From a bacterium (GTDB taxonomy: Bacteria; Bacillota; Clostridia; Lachnospirales; Lachnospiraceae), in assembly GCA_963616385.1 (NCBI GenBank), contig CAVELH010000002.1:1-48754 (forward strand): 48,754 bases of DNA, given 5' to 3'. The translations under genes were made by a program, and so were the position numbers. Below, in pieces: positions 9,968 to 20,200 of this stretch. The notes under the pieces are model-generated. The model was given only the letters and a program-made list of their open reading frames with translations, made no database searches and was not told the DNA's origin. Within the stretch, counting starts at the first letter, position 1, and each line of letters opens with the position of its first letter.

Positions 9968-10681
9968 TTATTCATACTCATCCATTTCTATTACATCAAA
10001 TGCTTTGCCATCAGGCTCATGCTTAAATACTAACTCCTCACCCGTTACGGGGTGTTCAAGCTCTATTCTCGATGAATAAAGTGCTATCTCTGTGTACTTC
10101 TTTTTGGTCTTTGCAAACTTTGGGTTATATTTGGTATCACCCCAGATTCCACATCCACGGCTTGCCATCTGTGCTCTTATCTGATGATGTCTGCCTGTGA
10201 TAAGCTCTATAAGAACATACGACAGCACACCCTCACTCGTCTCAAACACATCTATCACTTCATAATAAAGCTCTGCTCTCTTAGCTCCCTTGTCACCCTT
10301 TTTCACAACCCTTGTCGTGTTGTTCTTCGGATCTCTTGCAAGATAATCAACAAGCTCGCCATCCATATCGGGCAATTCGCCTGTAAGAACAGCCTGATAA
10401 TACTTGGTTATCGCGCCATCCTGCATCATATCAGAGAGCTTTGCCGCTGTGTCCTTATCCTTCGCAAATATCATAACTCCACCGACAGGTCGGTCAAGTC
10501 TGTGAATTACAGCAACATAGGGCTCTTCATCACTATCTGATTTGTCAAATAAATAGTTCTTAACTATCGTGACCATATCCTCGTCATTCGACTTATCCCC
10601 CTGTGAGGGCACGCCACATGGCTTAACACATGCAAGCATATAGTCATCTTCATATAGTACGTTTAATTTCATATTTTTCAT
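9968..10681 (-). CDS. RluA-family RNA pseudouridine synthase
   Basis: KPCG, HRLDRPVGG, TGRHHQIRAQ, GDTKY. Confidence 0.92.
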   Translation of the reverse strand: MKNMKLNVLYEDDYMLACVKPCGVPSQGDKSNDEDMVTIVKNYLFDKSDSDEEPYVAVIHRLDRPVGGVMIFAKDKDTAAKLSDMMQDGAITKYYQAVLTGELPDMDGELVDYLARDPKNNTTRVVKKGDKGAKRAELYYEVIDVFETSEGVLSYVLIELITGRHHQIRAQMASRGCGIWGDTKYNPKFAKTKKKYTEIALYSSRIELEHPVTGEELVFKHEPDGKAFDVIEMDEYE

Positions 10682-10865
10682 CCTGTTTATATAATGTTTG
10701 TGAACAATACACTAACTTTGAGAATATCATTTTTGAGCCGAAAATGCAACCTGTTTGTTGCCGGCAAACATACGAAACTGTTGTCGTAAAGCATATGACA
10801 TGTTACCATCAATAATACAAACTCTATTACTGTTAATTTTATAAATTTGACGTTTATATTATAGC

Positions 10866-11009
10866 ATATCGGGGTTCGGCAATAGTCACAAAGTCGGGAC
10901 CGCTCCCGCTTAATTGCTCCGAGCATCGGCACTAAATTCGTGCTCCGCACTCATTAAGTGCCGGCAGTCGCAAATGTCCCTTTTTGTGACTATTGCTGAA
11001 CCCCGATAT
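10866..11009. repeat. Long intergenic hairpin element with 27-bp terminal inverted repeats (copy A)
   Basis: ATATCGGGGTTCGGCAATAGTCACAAA (10866-10892) vs TTTGTGACTATTGCTGAACCCCGATAT (10983-11009), one mismatch; inner stems GGGAC/GTCCC, CGGCACT/AGTGCCG and GTGC-TCC-GCAC. Confidence 0.85.
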
Positions 11010-11048
11010 ATTACAAAATAAATAACATTTTTATGTGATTTACGATAA

Positions 11049-11627
11049 CTATCGATTTCTTCGGAACAGTCCCCTTGGCTTTGTTGCCGCAACCTCCGCG
11101 TTTGCAAGCTGCATCTGCCTTAGCACCTCGTCTAACTTTCTAAATCTTGCCTCCTCCTTCTCCTCCTTTTCACGCATAACAGCGTCAAATTGCCGCATAA
11201 CGTCCGCTGTTATCTCAGATTTTATTGAGGTTGTTATTATGTCCTTATTCTCTCTTAATGCATTTGCAACTATTTTATTCATGGCAGCCTGTACCTGCAC
11301 AAGCTTAAAGTCAACTACCTTTATATCTTTATCTCTTGAATTATCATCTGACCTGTCAGCAGTCTCATTGACGGGTTTACTCTCCACCTCGCCTTTTGCA
11401 GGCTCGTCCTTTCTTCTTTTATCTATTCCCGCCTTTATATCCTTTAAAGACAATCCATTTTGTTTAAGCTTCTGTATCTCCCTAAACATCCTTATATCCT
11501 GCTCCGTGTAATATCTATGTCCCATATTATTCCTCTTTATTTCAAGTCCAAGCTCATCCTCCCAATACCGAAGCACATGTGGTTCTACCTTAAGCTGTAT
11601 GGCTGCCTCCTTTATGCTCATTTCCAT
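11049..11627 (-). CDS. MerR-type HTH DNA-binding protein with coiled-coil C-terminus
   Basis: SIKEAA...HVLRYWEDEL...RNNMGHRYYTEQDI; strong GGAGG RBS. Confidence 0.85.
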   Translation of the reverse strand: MEMSIKEAAIQLKVEPHVLRYWEDELGLEIKRNNMGHRYYTEQDIRMFREIQKLKQNGLSLKDIKAGIDKRRKDEPAKGEVESKPVNETADRSDDNSRDKDIKVVDFKLVQVQAAMNKIVANALRENKDIITTSIKSEITADVMRQFDAVMREKEEKEEARFRKLDEVLRQMQLANAEVAATKPRGLFRRNR

Positions 11628-11796
11628 ATTTTATTCCTCCTATTTCTATAAATGAATACCTGCTCAATGTTATTTATGTATATGGATTAAAACCGCTCAC
11701 ACATATACTCAGCTATACTTTAACACATATCCACTTTCAGATATTCCTGTTTCGTGCTCTAAATTATCCGCTTTTGTTACATTATCTGACATAGAT

Positions 11797-11825
11797 TTGA
11801 TTTTTTTGTTTGTTCTGTATATAAT
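11797..11825 (+). promoter_or_regulatory. Sigma-A-like promoter of the DUF885 gene
   Basis: TTGATT, 17-nt spacer, TATAAT. Confidence 0.55.
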
Positions 11826-11883
11826 CGTCTATATTGTTGTATATTAATGATGATACATTTTCATCTTATGGCAGGAGGGTTTT

Positions 11884-13758
11884 ATGAGAAAATTTAAAAA
11901 TGCGTTTTTGGCATACACGCTTGCCGTGGCAATGCTTTTGTGTGCCGGATGTGGCAAGAAATCTGACACCACTACTGAGGCTGTAACTGAGACAAATTTA
12001 AGCACCAACAGTGACAGCACATCAGATGTATCCACAGATAATGATGCCAAGGAAGTGATGGCTGATCCGACAACACCTGAGGCTATAGCTGAGCAGGAGA
12101 AATTTGACGAATATCTTAACGATTCATTTGAGGTAAGTGTAGTCAGTGATACCTTAACCTTACATTATAATCTGGCTCATCCGGAGGATTACGGAATTAC
12201 ACCTCCTGAGGTTACTTATGGCGATACCGACATGACCGAGGAAGGACTTCTCGCTGACAAAACCGAGACAGAGAACGAGCTTGAAGAGCTTGAAGGCTTT
12301 GACCGTGAGCTTCTGACATACGACCAGCGTTTCACATATGATATATTGTACAACCAGCTTGAGACTAACCTTGAGTCATATGATAATCCTTATCTTTATG
12401 AGCCATTTGCATATACCAGCGGTCTGCACAGCAATCTTCCTGTAACTCTCGCAGAATACACCTTCTACGACCAGGGAGATGTGGATGATTACCTCAAGCT
12501 TCTTGAGCTTACACCTGACTATATTCAGATTTGCCTTGATTTTGAGCAGGAAAAGATAGAGCGTGGTTTATTTATGAATACTCATTCCGCAAATGAGGTA
12601 ATAAGACAGTGCTCTGAGTTTATCCAGAAGCCGGAAGAAAATCTTCTCATAGAAACCTTTAACGATAATATAGAAGAAGTTCCAGACCTTACCGATGAGC
12701 AGATAGCAGATTATAAGCAGGCTAACCATGATGCTGTAATAAATTACATTATACCTGCTTATCAGAATATAATAACCTTCTTCCAGTCAAATAAGAATGA
12801 AGGTGAAAACGACCTTGGACTTTCTCATTTTGAAGGAGGTAAGGAATATTACGAGTATCTCATAAGGAGTGATGTCGGCTCGGACAAAACTCCTGAGGAA
12901 ATCATTGAGCTGCTTGACAATAAGCTTGACAGCATAATGTCTGAATATTATCAGGTCGCAACAAGTGACTACGATACCTACTCTCAGTATTTTAATGATT
13001 CCGATTCTCTATATGAAGATATCGATCCAAAGGAAACCATTCAATACTTTGAGGATGCAATGGGTGACCGTTTCCCTGAAATTCCTGATATTGATTTCAC
13101 CGTTGAGCCGGTTCATGAATCGTTACAGGATATTGTAAGTCCTGCATTTTACATGACACCTCCACTTGATGATTACGAAAATAATTCCATATATACCAAC
13201 TTAAATAGTGACGGTGCAGGCTCTATCTGGTCTACCTTAGCACATGAGGGTGTTCCAGGACATATGTATCAGTTTGTATATTTCCTGTCACACAATCCTG
13301 AGCCTATACGTGCTCTCCTTAGCTTCAAGGGTTATCAGGAGGGCTGGGCAACATACGTTGAAATGATGTCCTTTGATTATTATACTGATTATCCAAATGA
13401 TATGTATGCAGACCTTGAGAGAATAAATTCTGAATTAAATCTGATTGTAAGTGCCAGAATAGAGATAGGTGTCAACTACGAGGGCTGGACTCTTGAGGAA
13501 ACCAAGGACTACCTTGAAACAAATGGATTTAATGGAGATGCGGCAAGCGACATTATGAACTACGTCATAGCTGAACCTGCCAACTACCAGATGTACGTTC
13601 TCGGCTGGCTTGAATTCGAGGAACTCCGCGATTACGCAGAGACAGAGCTTGGTGATAAGTTTGACGAGTGTGATTTTCATCAGGTTATCCTTGATGCCGG
13701 TCCATGTCAATTTTATCTCCTTCAGGACAGGGTTGAGCAATATGTAAATCAACAATAA
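11884..13758 (+). CDS. DUF885-family lipoprotein (putative zinc metallopeptidase)
   Basis: Lipobox LCAGC, HEGVPGHMYQ, EGWATYVE, FHQVILDAGP. Confidence 0.88.
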   Translation: MRKFKNAFLAYTLAVAMLLCAGCGKKSDTTTEAVTETNLSTNSDSTSDVSTDNDAKEVMADPTTPEAIAEQEKFDEYLNDSFEVSVVSDTLTLHYNLAHPEDYGITPPEVTYGDTDMTEEGLLADKTETENELEELEGFDRELLTYDQRFTYDILYNQLETNLESYDNPYLYEPFAYTSGLHSNLPVTLAEYTFYDQGDVDDYLKLLELTPDYIQICLDFEQEKIERGLFMNTHSANEVIRQCSEFIQKPEENLLIETFNDNIEEVPDLTDEQIADYKQANHDAVINYIIPAYQNIITFFQSNKNEGENDLGLSHFEGGKEYYEYLIRSDVGSDKTPEEIIELLDNKLDSIMSEYYQVATSDYDTYSQYFNDSDSLYEDIDPKETIQYFEDAMGDRFPEIPDIDFTVEPVHESLQDIVSPAFYMTPPLDDYENNSIYTNLNSDGAGSIWSTLAHEGVPGHMYQFVYFLSHNPEPIRALLSFKGYQEGWATYVEMMSFDYYTDYPNDMYADLERINSELNLIVSARIEIGVNYEGWTLEETKDYLETNGFNGDAASDIMNYVIAEPANYQMYVLGWLEFEELRDYAETELGDKFDECDFHQVILDAGPCQFYLLQDRVEQYVNQQ

Positions 13759-13796
13759 ATACGCTGATATCAATTACATTTGCAGCTGATATATAA

Positions 13797-13850
13797 TTAA
13801 AATAAGTCGCAATGCAGATTTTATATTATCTGTGTTGCGGCTTATTTTAA
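13797..13850 (+). terminator. Intrinsic terminator after the DUF885 gene
   Basis: TTAAAATAAGTCGCAATGCAGAT / ATCTGTGTTGCGGCTTATTTTAA inverted repeat with G-U pairs. Confidence 0.75.
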
Positions 13851-14048
13851 ATATAAGGTTTTTTTAACCGTAAGTTGCGTGATTTTATATATTAATGTGT
13901 TGCTTTTTGCACGATATTTCAGTTGTTATTTATTGCTTTATATATTATAATTATTATGTTCTGTGCAACTATAAGGTTACAGAACATACACTATATATAA
14001 GTACATATAATAAGTATTATCATAGTGTTACTTAAAGGAGGATGAGTT

Positions 14049-15104
14049 ATGAAATGTTCAAAGTGTGGTACAGAGCTTGAAGCGGGAGTTTCTTTCTGTA
14101 CTGTATGTGGTACCCCTGTAGCAAAGCCACAGGCGGACGAAGAAAAAACAGTATTAGTTAATCAGGACATGATGGGACAGCCTCAGGGATTCCCAACACC
14201 TGCACAGCCTGGATTCCAGCAGCAGGGTAACACAGGCTTCGGTCAGCCTATGGGACAGCCTCAGGGCAACACAGGTTTTGGTCAGCCTATGGGACAGCCT
14301 CAGGGCAATACAGGTTTTGGTCAGCCTATGGGACAGCCTCAGGGCAATACAGGCTTCGGTCAGCCTATGGGTCAACCTATGGGACAACAGCCAGGCATGA
14401 ACCCTTATGGTCAGCCTATGTATAATCAGGCACCAAGAGCTCCTAAGCAGCCTCGTAAGCCACTTTCTAAGAAGGCTAAGATTGGCATAATCTCAGGTGC
14501 TATTGCAGTTGTTGTTTTGATTGTGTTCTTTGTTGTATTACTTCCTATACTTACAAGAGCTAAGTTAAAGGGTGAGTATATATACACAGATTCATGGGAT
14601 GATGATTACACATTTATCTTTGATAATGGTACATATCTCTGTTATGACTATTATGGTGATTTGACCGATGCAGGAACATATACCATAAAAGATAATAAAG
14701 TTACTCTTACAGATATAGAGGGCAATACAGACACAGCAAAGTTTGATGCTGATAACAATGTATTTAAGTACTCAGGTGATAAGTATAAGTCAACAAACAA
14801 GAAAGAAACAATAGACTTCACATTGCCAGAGAACTACCTCGAAACAATCAAAGAGCCTGTAGAGACAGCTATCAATAAGATACTTGAAGATGAAGATATC
14901 TATGATGATGTATATTGGAGCGATGCATACATTGATGATGATTCCCTTAAGAATCCTTCAACAGACTTTGAGAAGCAGCTTGCTATAGAACTTAATTATA
15001 CAAGCGACAAAGCACTTCAGACATTGATGGAAGAAGGATATCTTGAGATATATGTATATATTTCATATGATGGGGATATAGAAATATCATTTGATACATA
15101 TTAA
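14049..15104 (+). CDS. Zinc-ribbon membrane protein with Gln/Pro/Gly-rich repeats
   Basis: CSKC...FCTVCG N-terminus, QP-rich linker, one TM helix (IGIISGAIAVVVLIVFFVVLLPIL), acidic C-terminal domain; AAGGAGG RBS. Confidence 0.85.
   Translation: MKCSKCGTELEAGVSFCTVCGTPVAKPQADEEKTVLVNQDMMGQPQGFPTPAQPGFQQQGNTGFGQPMGQPQGNTGFGQPMGQPQGNTGFGQPMGQPQGNTGFGQPMGQPMGQQPGMNPYGQPMYNQAPRAPKQPRKPLSKKAKIGIISGAIAVVVLIVFFVVLLPILTRAKLKGEYIYTDSWDDDYTFIFDNGTYLCYDYYGDLTDAGTYTIKDNKVTLTDIEGNTDTAKFDADNNVFKYSGDKYKSTNKKETIDFTLPENYLETIKEPVETAINKILEDEDIYDDVYWSDAYIDDDSLKNPSTDFEKQLAIELNYTSDKALQTLMEEGYLEIYVYISYDGDIEISFDTY
14223..14378 (+). repeat. Coding tandem repeat, 4 x 39 bp (QGNTGFGQPMGQP)
   Basis: Units start at 14223, 14262, 14301 and 14340 and differ only at synonymous positions. 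Confidence 0.92.
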
Positions 15105-15170
15105 TATATAACATATAATGTCATATATGTATGATAGAAGTTGCAGATGCTACACAATATCATACAACAT

Positions 15171-15209
15171 AAATAAATCACACCAGAGCATTTCTGGTGT
15201 GATTTATTT
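15171..15209. terminator. Likely bidirectional terminator between convergent genes
   Basis: AAATAAATCACACCAGA / TCTGGTGTGATTTATTT perfect 17-bp stem. Confidence 0.85.
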
Positions 15210-15287
15210 TATGTCTATGTAATTGTTTTAATTATATAACAACATATCACTAACATTTTTAAATATGCAAATATAATATATGTATAT

Positions 15288-15433
15288 GTTATGGGAGTAT
15301 ACTATAGATACCTAAGCAGACCGTTATGAACACATCGGCACTTAGCGAATGCTCCGCATGAGCTTAGTACCGCTATGTGTTCATATGAGCGCAAGCGCGT
15401 CTGCGAGGTATCTTATAGTATACCCAATATAAC
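15288..15433. repeat. Long intergenic hairpin element (copy B) sharing its core with copy A
   Basis: Nested stems GTATACTATA/TATAGTATAC, GATACCT/AGGTATC, GCAGAC/GTCTGC, TATGAACACAT/ATGTGTTCATA, CGGCACT/AGTACCG, ATGC-TCC-GCAT. Confidence 0.85.
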
Positions 15434-15440
15434 GCATATC

Positions 15441-17222
15441 TTAATCTTCCTTCTTATCGATATACTTATTAAGTGTCTCAACAACAGTATTGAGATTATA
15501 AGGCTTAGCTATGTAATCATCTAACTTATTCTCTAAGATACGTTCCTTATCTCCGAACATTGCTCTTGCAGTAACAGCGATTATCGGAAGTCTCTTTCTG
15601 TGTTCCTTCTGCTCTATCTCACGAATTTCCTGAGTAGCAGCTATACCATCCATAACTGGCATCTGAACATCAAATAACGCTGCATCGTATGTCTTTTGCT
15701 TGAATAACTCTATGGCCTTCTCACCATTCTCAGCTATATCATATGAGAAGCCTGCCATACCAAGGAGCTTACCGATAACCTGCTGGTTTACAGGCTCATC
15801 CTCTGCTACAAGAATACGAGCCTTGCTGTGTGCATTGATAGAGAACAATGCTGCATCATCCTGCTTCTTATCTGCATCCTTCTGTGAATCAACCTCAGCA
15901 GCCTTTACAACCTTAAGAGGTATCTCAGCTATAAATGTAGAACCAATTCCCTCTTTACTCTGAACAGTAATTGTACCGCCCATAAGCTCTGCAATCTGCT
16001 TAGAAATAACAAGTCCAAGACCTGTTCCACCATACTTTCTTGTATCTGATGAATCTACCTGAGAGAATCTGATAAAGAGCTTATCCATATTCTTCTCAGA
16101 GATACCGATACCTGAATCAGCTACAGCAATTCTTATATTAATCTTCTCCTTGTCCGCATCTATGGCAGCTATCTTAACTCTTACACTACCCTCAGATGTG
16201 AACTTAAGTGCGTTAGATAACAGACAGTTAAGTATCTGCTGAATTCTCTGTCCATCACCCTTGACAAGCTTAGGAATGTTATTACCAAAGTTACAATCAA
16301 GTGCAAGTCCCTTGTTGGTTGCAAGTGGAACCTGTGCAGCAACAGTTTCTTCTATAGCACTCTTAATATCAAATATCTCTTCCTTAAGGTTATACTTACC
16401 AGCCTCAAGCTTACTTATATCAAGAATATCATTAATCAATCTAAGGAGTGTATCAGCACAATTCTTTGCAGTGTAAAGGTTATCTCTGTAATCTGCCTGC
16501 AAATCATCTGCCATAAGTGTAAGCTGAAGCATACCGAGAATACCATTAATAGGAGTTCTAATCTCATGGCTCATGTTAGCAAGGAACTCAGCCTGAGTCT
16601 TATATGCAGCATTAGCATCCTCAATAGCCTTAGAGAGCTTATTCTCTGTCTCCTTCTGGTCTGTGATATCTATAACTACCATGTTGATGTAGTCTGACTC
16701 TGATTTATACATTACTGTATTAAATACCTTGCCAAGCTTCTCCATGGTAATCTCAACATCCATCAGGTCTCCCTCTTTTGTACCTGATGTGTTATATGCT
16801 GTAAACCATGCATTGATATCCTGAAGAACCTCTATCTTGCTCTCTCCAAGAATCTTGCCCTCGTAATCAGAAGCATCAAGATTAAAGTAGCTTCCAAACT
16901 TCTCATTTGCCTCCACTATACAATAACCATTGCTGTTACCCATAGAATCCGTTATAATCTTTGCCTGTGCAAAGCCTATCGGGAGGTTCATGAACAATTT
17001 CTTGTACTTGTCAATCTTTGAATGTCCTGATAATTCATTTCCACATAGGGCAAACAACACAAATCCTGTTATTGCCGCTGACAGAATACCTGTAATAATT
17101 CCCGCAGGCACCGCCTTAAATACAGCACCAAACACTATACCGAGAACAATCTCTAAGACGACTGCAATTATAAGAACCTTCTGCCACCCCAATTCCTTTA
17201 GTTTTTCCATAATCTGAAACAC
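15441..17222 (-). CDS. Hybrid sensor histidine kinase / receiver protein
   Basis: Two N-terminal TM helices, PAS-like region, MSHEIRTPING H-box, NALKFT, DSGIG, GGTGLGL, receiver AEDE...DVQMP...KP. Confidence 0.93.
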   Translation of the reverse strand: MFQIMEKLKELGWQKVLIIAVVLEIVLGIVFGAVFKAVPAGIITGILSAAITGFVLFALCGNELSGHSKIDKYKKLFMNLPIGFAQAKIITDSMGNSNGYCIVEANEKFGSYFNLDASDYEGKILGESKIEVLQDINAWFTAYNTSGTKEGDLMDVEITMEKLGKVFNTVMYKSESDYINMVVIDITDQKETENKLSKAIEDANAAYKTQAEFLANMSHEIRTPINGILGMLQLTLMADDLQADYRDNLYTAKNCADTLLRLINDILDISKLEAGKYNLKEEIFDIKSAIEETVAAQVPLATNKGLALDCNFGNNIPKLVKGDGQRIQQILNCLLSNALKFTSEGSVRVKIAAIDADKEKINIRIAVADSGIGISEKNMDKLFIRFSQVDSSDTRKYGGTGLGLVISKQIAELMGGTITVQSKEGIGSTFIAEIPLKVVKAAEVDSQKDADKKQDDAALFSINAHSKARILVAEDEPVNQQVIGKLLGMAGFSYDIAENGEKAIELFKQKTYDAALFDVQMPVMDGIAATQEIREIEQKEHRKRLPIIAVTARAMFGDKERILENKLDDYIAKPYNLNTVVETLNKYIDKKED

Positions 17223-17256
17223 CCCTATCTTGCCTTATTGTTTTTATAATATATTA

Positions 17257-20200
17257 CTATACATTTGAATTTCGGTCAATCTCATTATTGTTATTTTTTA
17301 CTAGTTTTTCACTAGCATTTTTATTACTATTGTGCATTAATCCTAAGATAAATACCAACATTGACACCAATGTAACCACTATTCCTATGTATAATCCCTC
17401 AGGAGTATAAATAAACTCAAGCTCATGCTCACCCGCATCAATGTCAGCACCTATAAATGCACCACAAGCCTTGTAATAATCAGCCTTTTTGCCATCAACC
17501 TTAAGTGTCCAGCCCTTATCATATGGAATAGAAGTAAACAAAGTCTGTCCTTCATCTATATTAATAATTCCATGCACATATCCATCAGCGTAATCATCAA
17601 CATCAAGCATATTTTTGCATAAATCCTCATATACACTTCTGTATGCCACCTCATCAAAGGTTGCCATATACAACGATGCCGTTGCCTGACTAGCACTTAT
17701 ATTCTTATAGCAATACTCAATAGATACATAGTCACCCTCTGAGAGCTTACCGAGATGGAATATCTGTATCTGATATCTGTCATACGCATATTCCTCACCA
17801 TTAATATAGATGTGAATCTTATTTATGCTGTTGCCGCGACAGTTAATATAATAATCTCCATCTCTAGGTACAGAGAATGCAACCATAAATGAAGCATCTC
17901 CGGCTTTATCAGGTGTATAAGTTATTGTCTGGTTGTTCACGGTTGCTGTACATGTATCACTTGTAACCATCAAGCCCGGCAGCACCGTATTCATAAATGG
18001 AACTCCGCCCGTCATTGCGTATGCAAGCGAATTCTGACCGTTAAGAGGTAAGTTGTCATCCCTGTTCCAATCCTTCACTGACTCTGACACCGCAAATCCA
18101 AGAGAAAGCGGGTATGGATTCTTATATATTCCAACGCCCTGCTCCTCTGTCATATAGTCAAATGCATAGTTGTTTAAATCTCCATCTCTGTAGAACAGAT
18201 ATTTCACGTTAAATATAGAGTTCGTAAATGGAGTTGAACCCATGTATAAAAATTCATTTGCGCCTGTATAAAATCCAAGCCTGCCCATTGTATGGACTGC
18301 CTCGCCCAAAACTGTAGAGCAAAATGTACCAACACTCGGCATACTATACCAGGTTGCCTCATCAAGAACCTTTGAATCCATAAGCTCAGCACGATAAAAT
18401 CCGTTATTATTAACAGCCTCAATCGCTCTCACCTTATCATATGCCGCAGTCACAGCAGGTGAAGTGCTGTAATTGCCATGATAATCTGCATATCCGTTGT
18501 CGCCAAAGCCATATGCCGCATTTGCTATAATTTCAAGTGAGCATACCACCGTAAAGGCTATCACAAATACCTTTTTCTTAAGCATCTTAGATGAGTAAAA
18601 TGCACAAACGGCTGCATATATGAGAAGCATAACGGCTGACCATATAAGCACTCTGTCAGGAATACCGCCATCCGACTCCAATGAGCACAGTGCAATAAAT
18701 ACCATGGAGAGCATTGCCGAAGCTATTATGTATGGTGTTTTTATTTTTCTCATATGCCTTAGCACATCATAAGCCATCACAAGCAGGATAAATATATACA
18801 GGAATGAAAATCTGTTTGGTATTCCATACTGGTCATGCATTCCATGCCATATAAAGTTAGGGGTTGTCGCATTAAAGCTTATCATCAATATGGCAAGCAG
18901 CAAAACCTTGCTTATTTTCTCCCTTAGACATATTTTCCTGTCAAATATATAGAGAAACATTGCAAATACCGCAAACATACCACAGTAAAGATTGGCATTC
19001 CCATCAAATGTCTGGTTCGTTATCGGCTCAGTGAGGAATAGCTGTTGTCTGAACATATTGAATATGTTGCCATACCACTCCCATTTTGGTATATCTGCCT
19101 TGGCTGAGGAGGTTGCCATAATTCCGTAATATGCAGGTATCAGCAAAAATGCCGACAAGCCGCCTGCCACCAATGAATATATCGCAAATCTTATTCCATG
19201 TATGAAAAATGCTTTGATTCTTCTGTGGTTGTACGCAAAGAACCATAGCACAAGAAACAGGCATACGATAAAGCCTATATAATAATTACAGTACAGGCAA
19301 TAAAAGAGCGAAAGCACATACATCTTAGGATTGCCATCCTCCATAAGACGTTTAAAACCAAGTATTACTAGCGGGAATATCATAATGCAGTCAAGCCACA
19401 TTATGTTCCAGTTATATCCTATTACATAGTTGGAAAGGGCATATGCAAGCGCTATACCTATTATCACAGGATTTCTGCTCTTGCCATTCTCGTAGCTTCC
19501 ATCTACCAGCTTCGCATTCTTGTATGACAGAAAATAAGCCATGCTTGAGGCACTTAAAGAAAGCTTTAATGCTATGATTAACGTAAATGCCGTCGGCAGA
19601 TTCTCCTTGCTGAACAACAAAAACAGATAATTAAACGGGCTTGAGAGGTAATATGCCGACAGCGACATAAAATTAGAGCCCAAGGCTATATTCCATGTAT
19701 AGAACAGGCTTCCCTCGTTGACAAGCTTATTTCTGTACTCTGCAAAGAATGGCAGATACTGGTGCAGGCTGTCAATCAGACTTAACGAGTTAGGTCCAAA
19801 GGGCATAACCTTTTCTGCTATCGCAATTATCATAACAAGAACAAGCACTATCAAAAAAGGACAATATATACAATAATTATCCTTCACCTTGTCAGCAATG
19901 CTTCTTCTCTTCTCACGAAATACAAATACCTTGCTAAAGAAATAATTCAAAACTATAACTATGAACTGCACTACAAGCTTAGATACAAGCTCATTTAATC
20001 TGAAGCTGTCACATAGTATGGCAAAACCCAACACCTCAACTGCCATAGATACAACTCTTGCACCGACAAAGCTTAATGCCTCGACAACCGCCTGACCTAT
20101 CCCCTCTGTCTTACTCCTGAATACAAAGAATTTGTTTGCAAAATATGCAAATGTTATAGCCATACAAATGGCTATAACATTACATACATTCCTATCTATA

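Noticed and set aside
10763..10792. GGCAAAC-ATAC-GAAA-CTGT-TGTCGTAAAGC resembles a c-di-GMP-I riboswitch core
   Set aside because: The stem under GAAA has a C-C mismatch, GACGCAAAGC differs at two positions, no second stem is evident and no plus-strand gene lies directly downstream; an Rfam scan would settle it.
10866..11009. tRNA or T-box interpretation of the GC-rich hairpin (contains GGTTCG; proS is nearby)
   Set aside because: It folds as one long rod rather than a cloverleaf, I see no T-box motif, and it is separated from proS by the RluA gene.
10687..11107. Track ORFs 10687-10950 and 10910-11107
   Set aside because: No clear RBS or protein-like features; they run through the inverted-repeat element.
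14223..14378. CRISPR-like periodicity
   Set aside because: Units are contiguous with no spacers, in frame and synonymously varied, so it is a coding repeat; no cas genes in the window.
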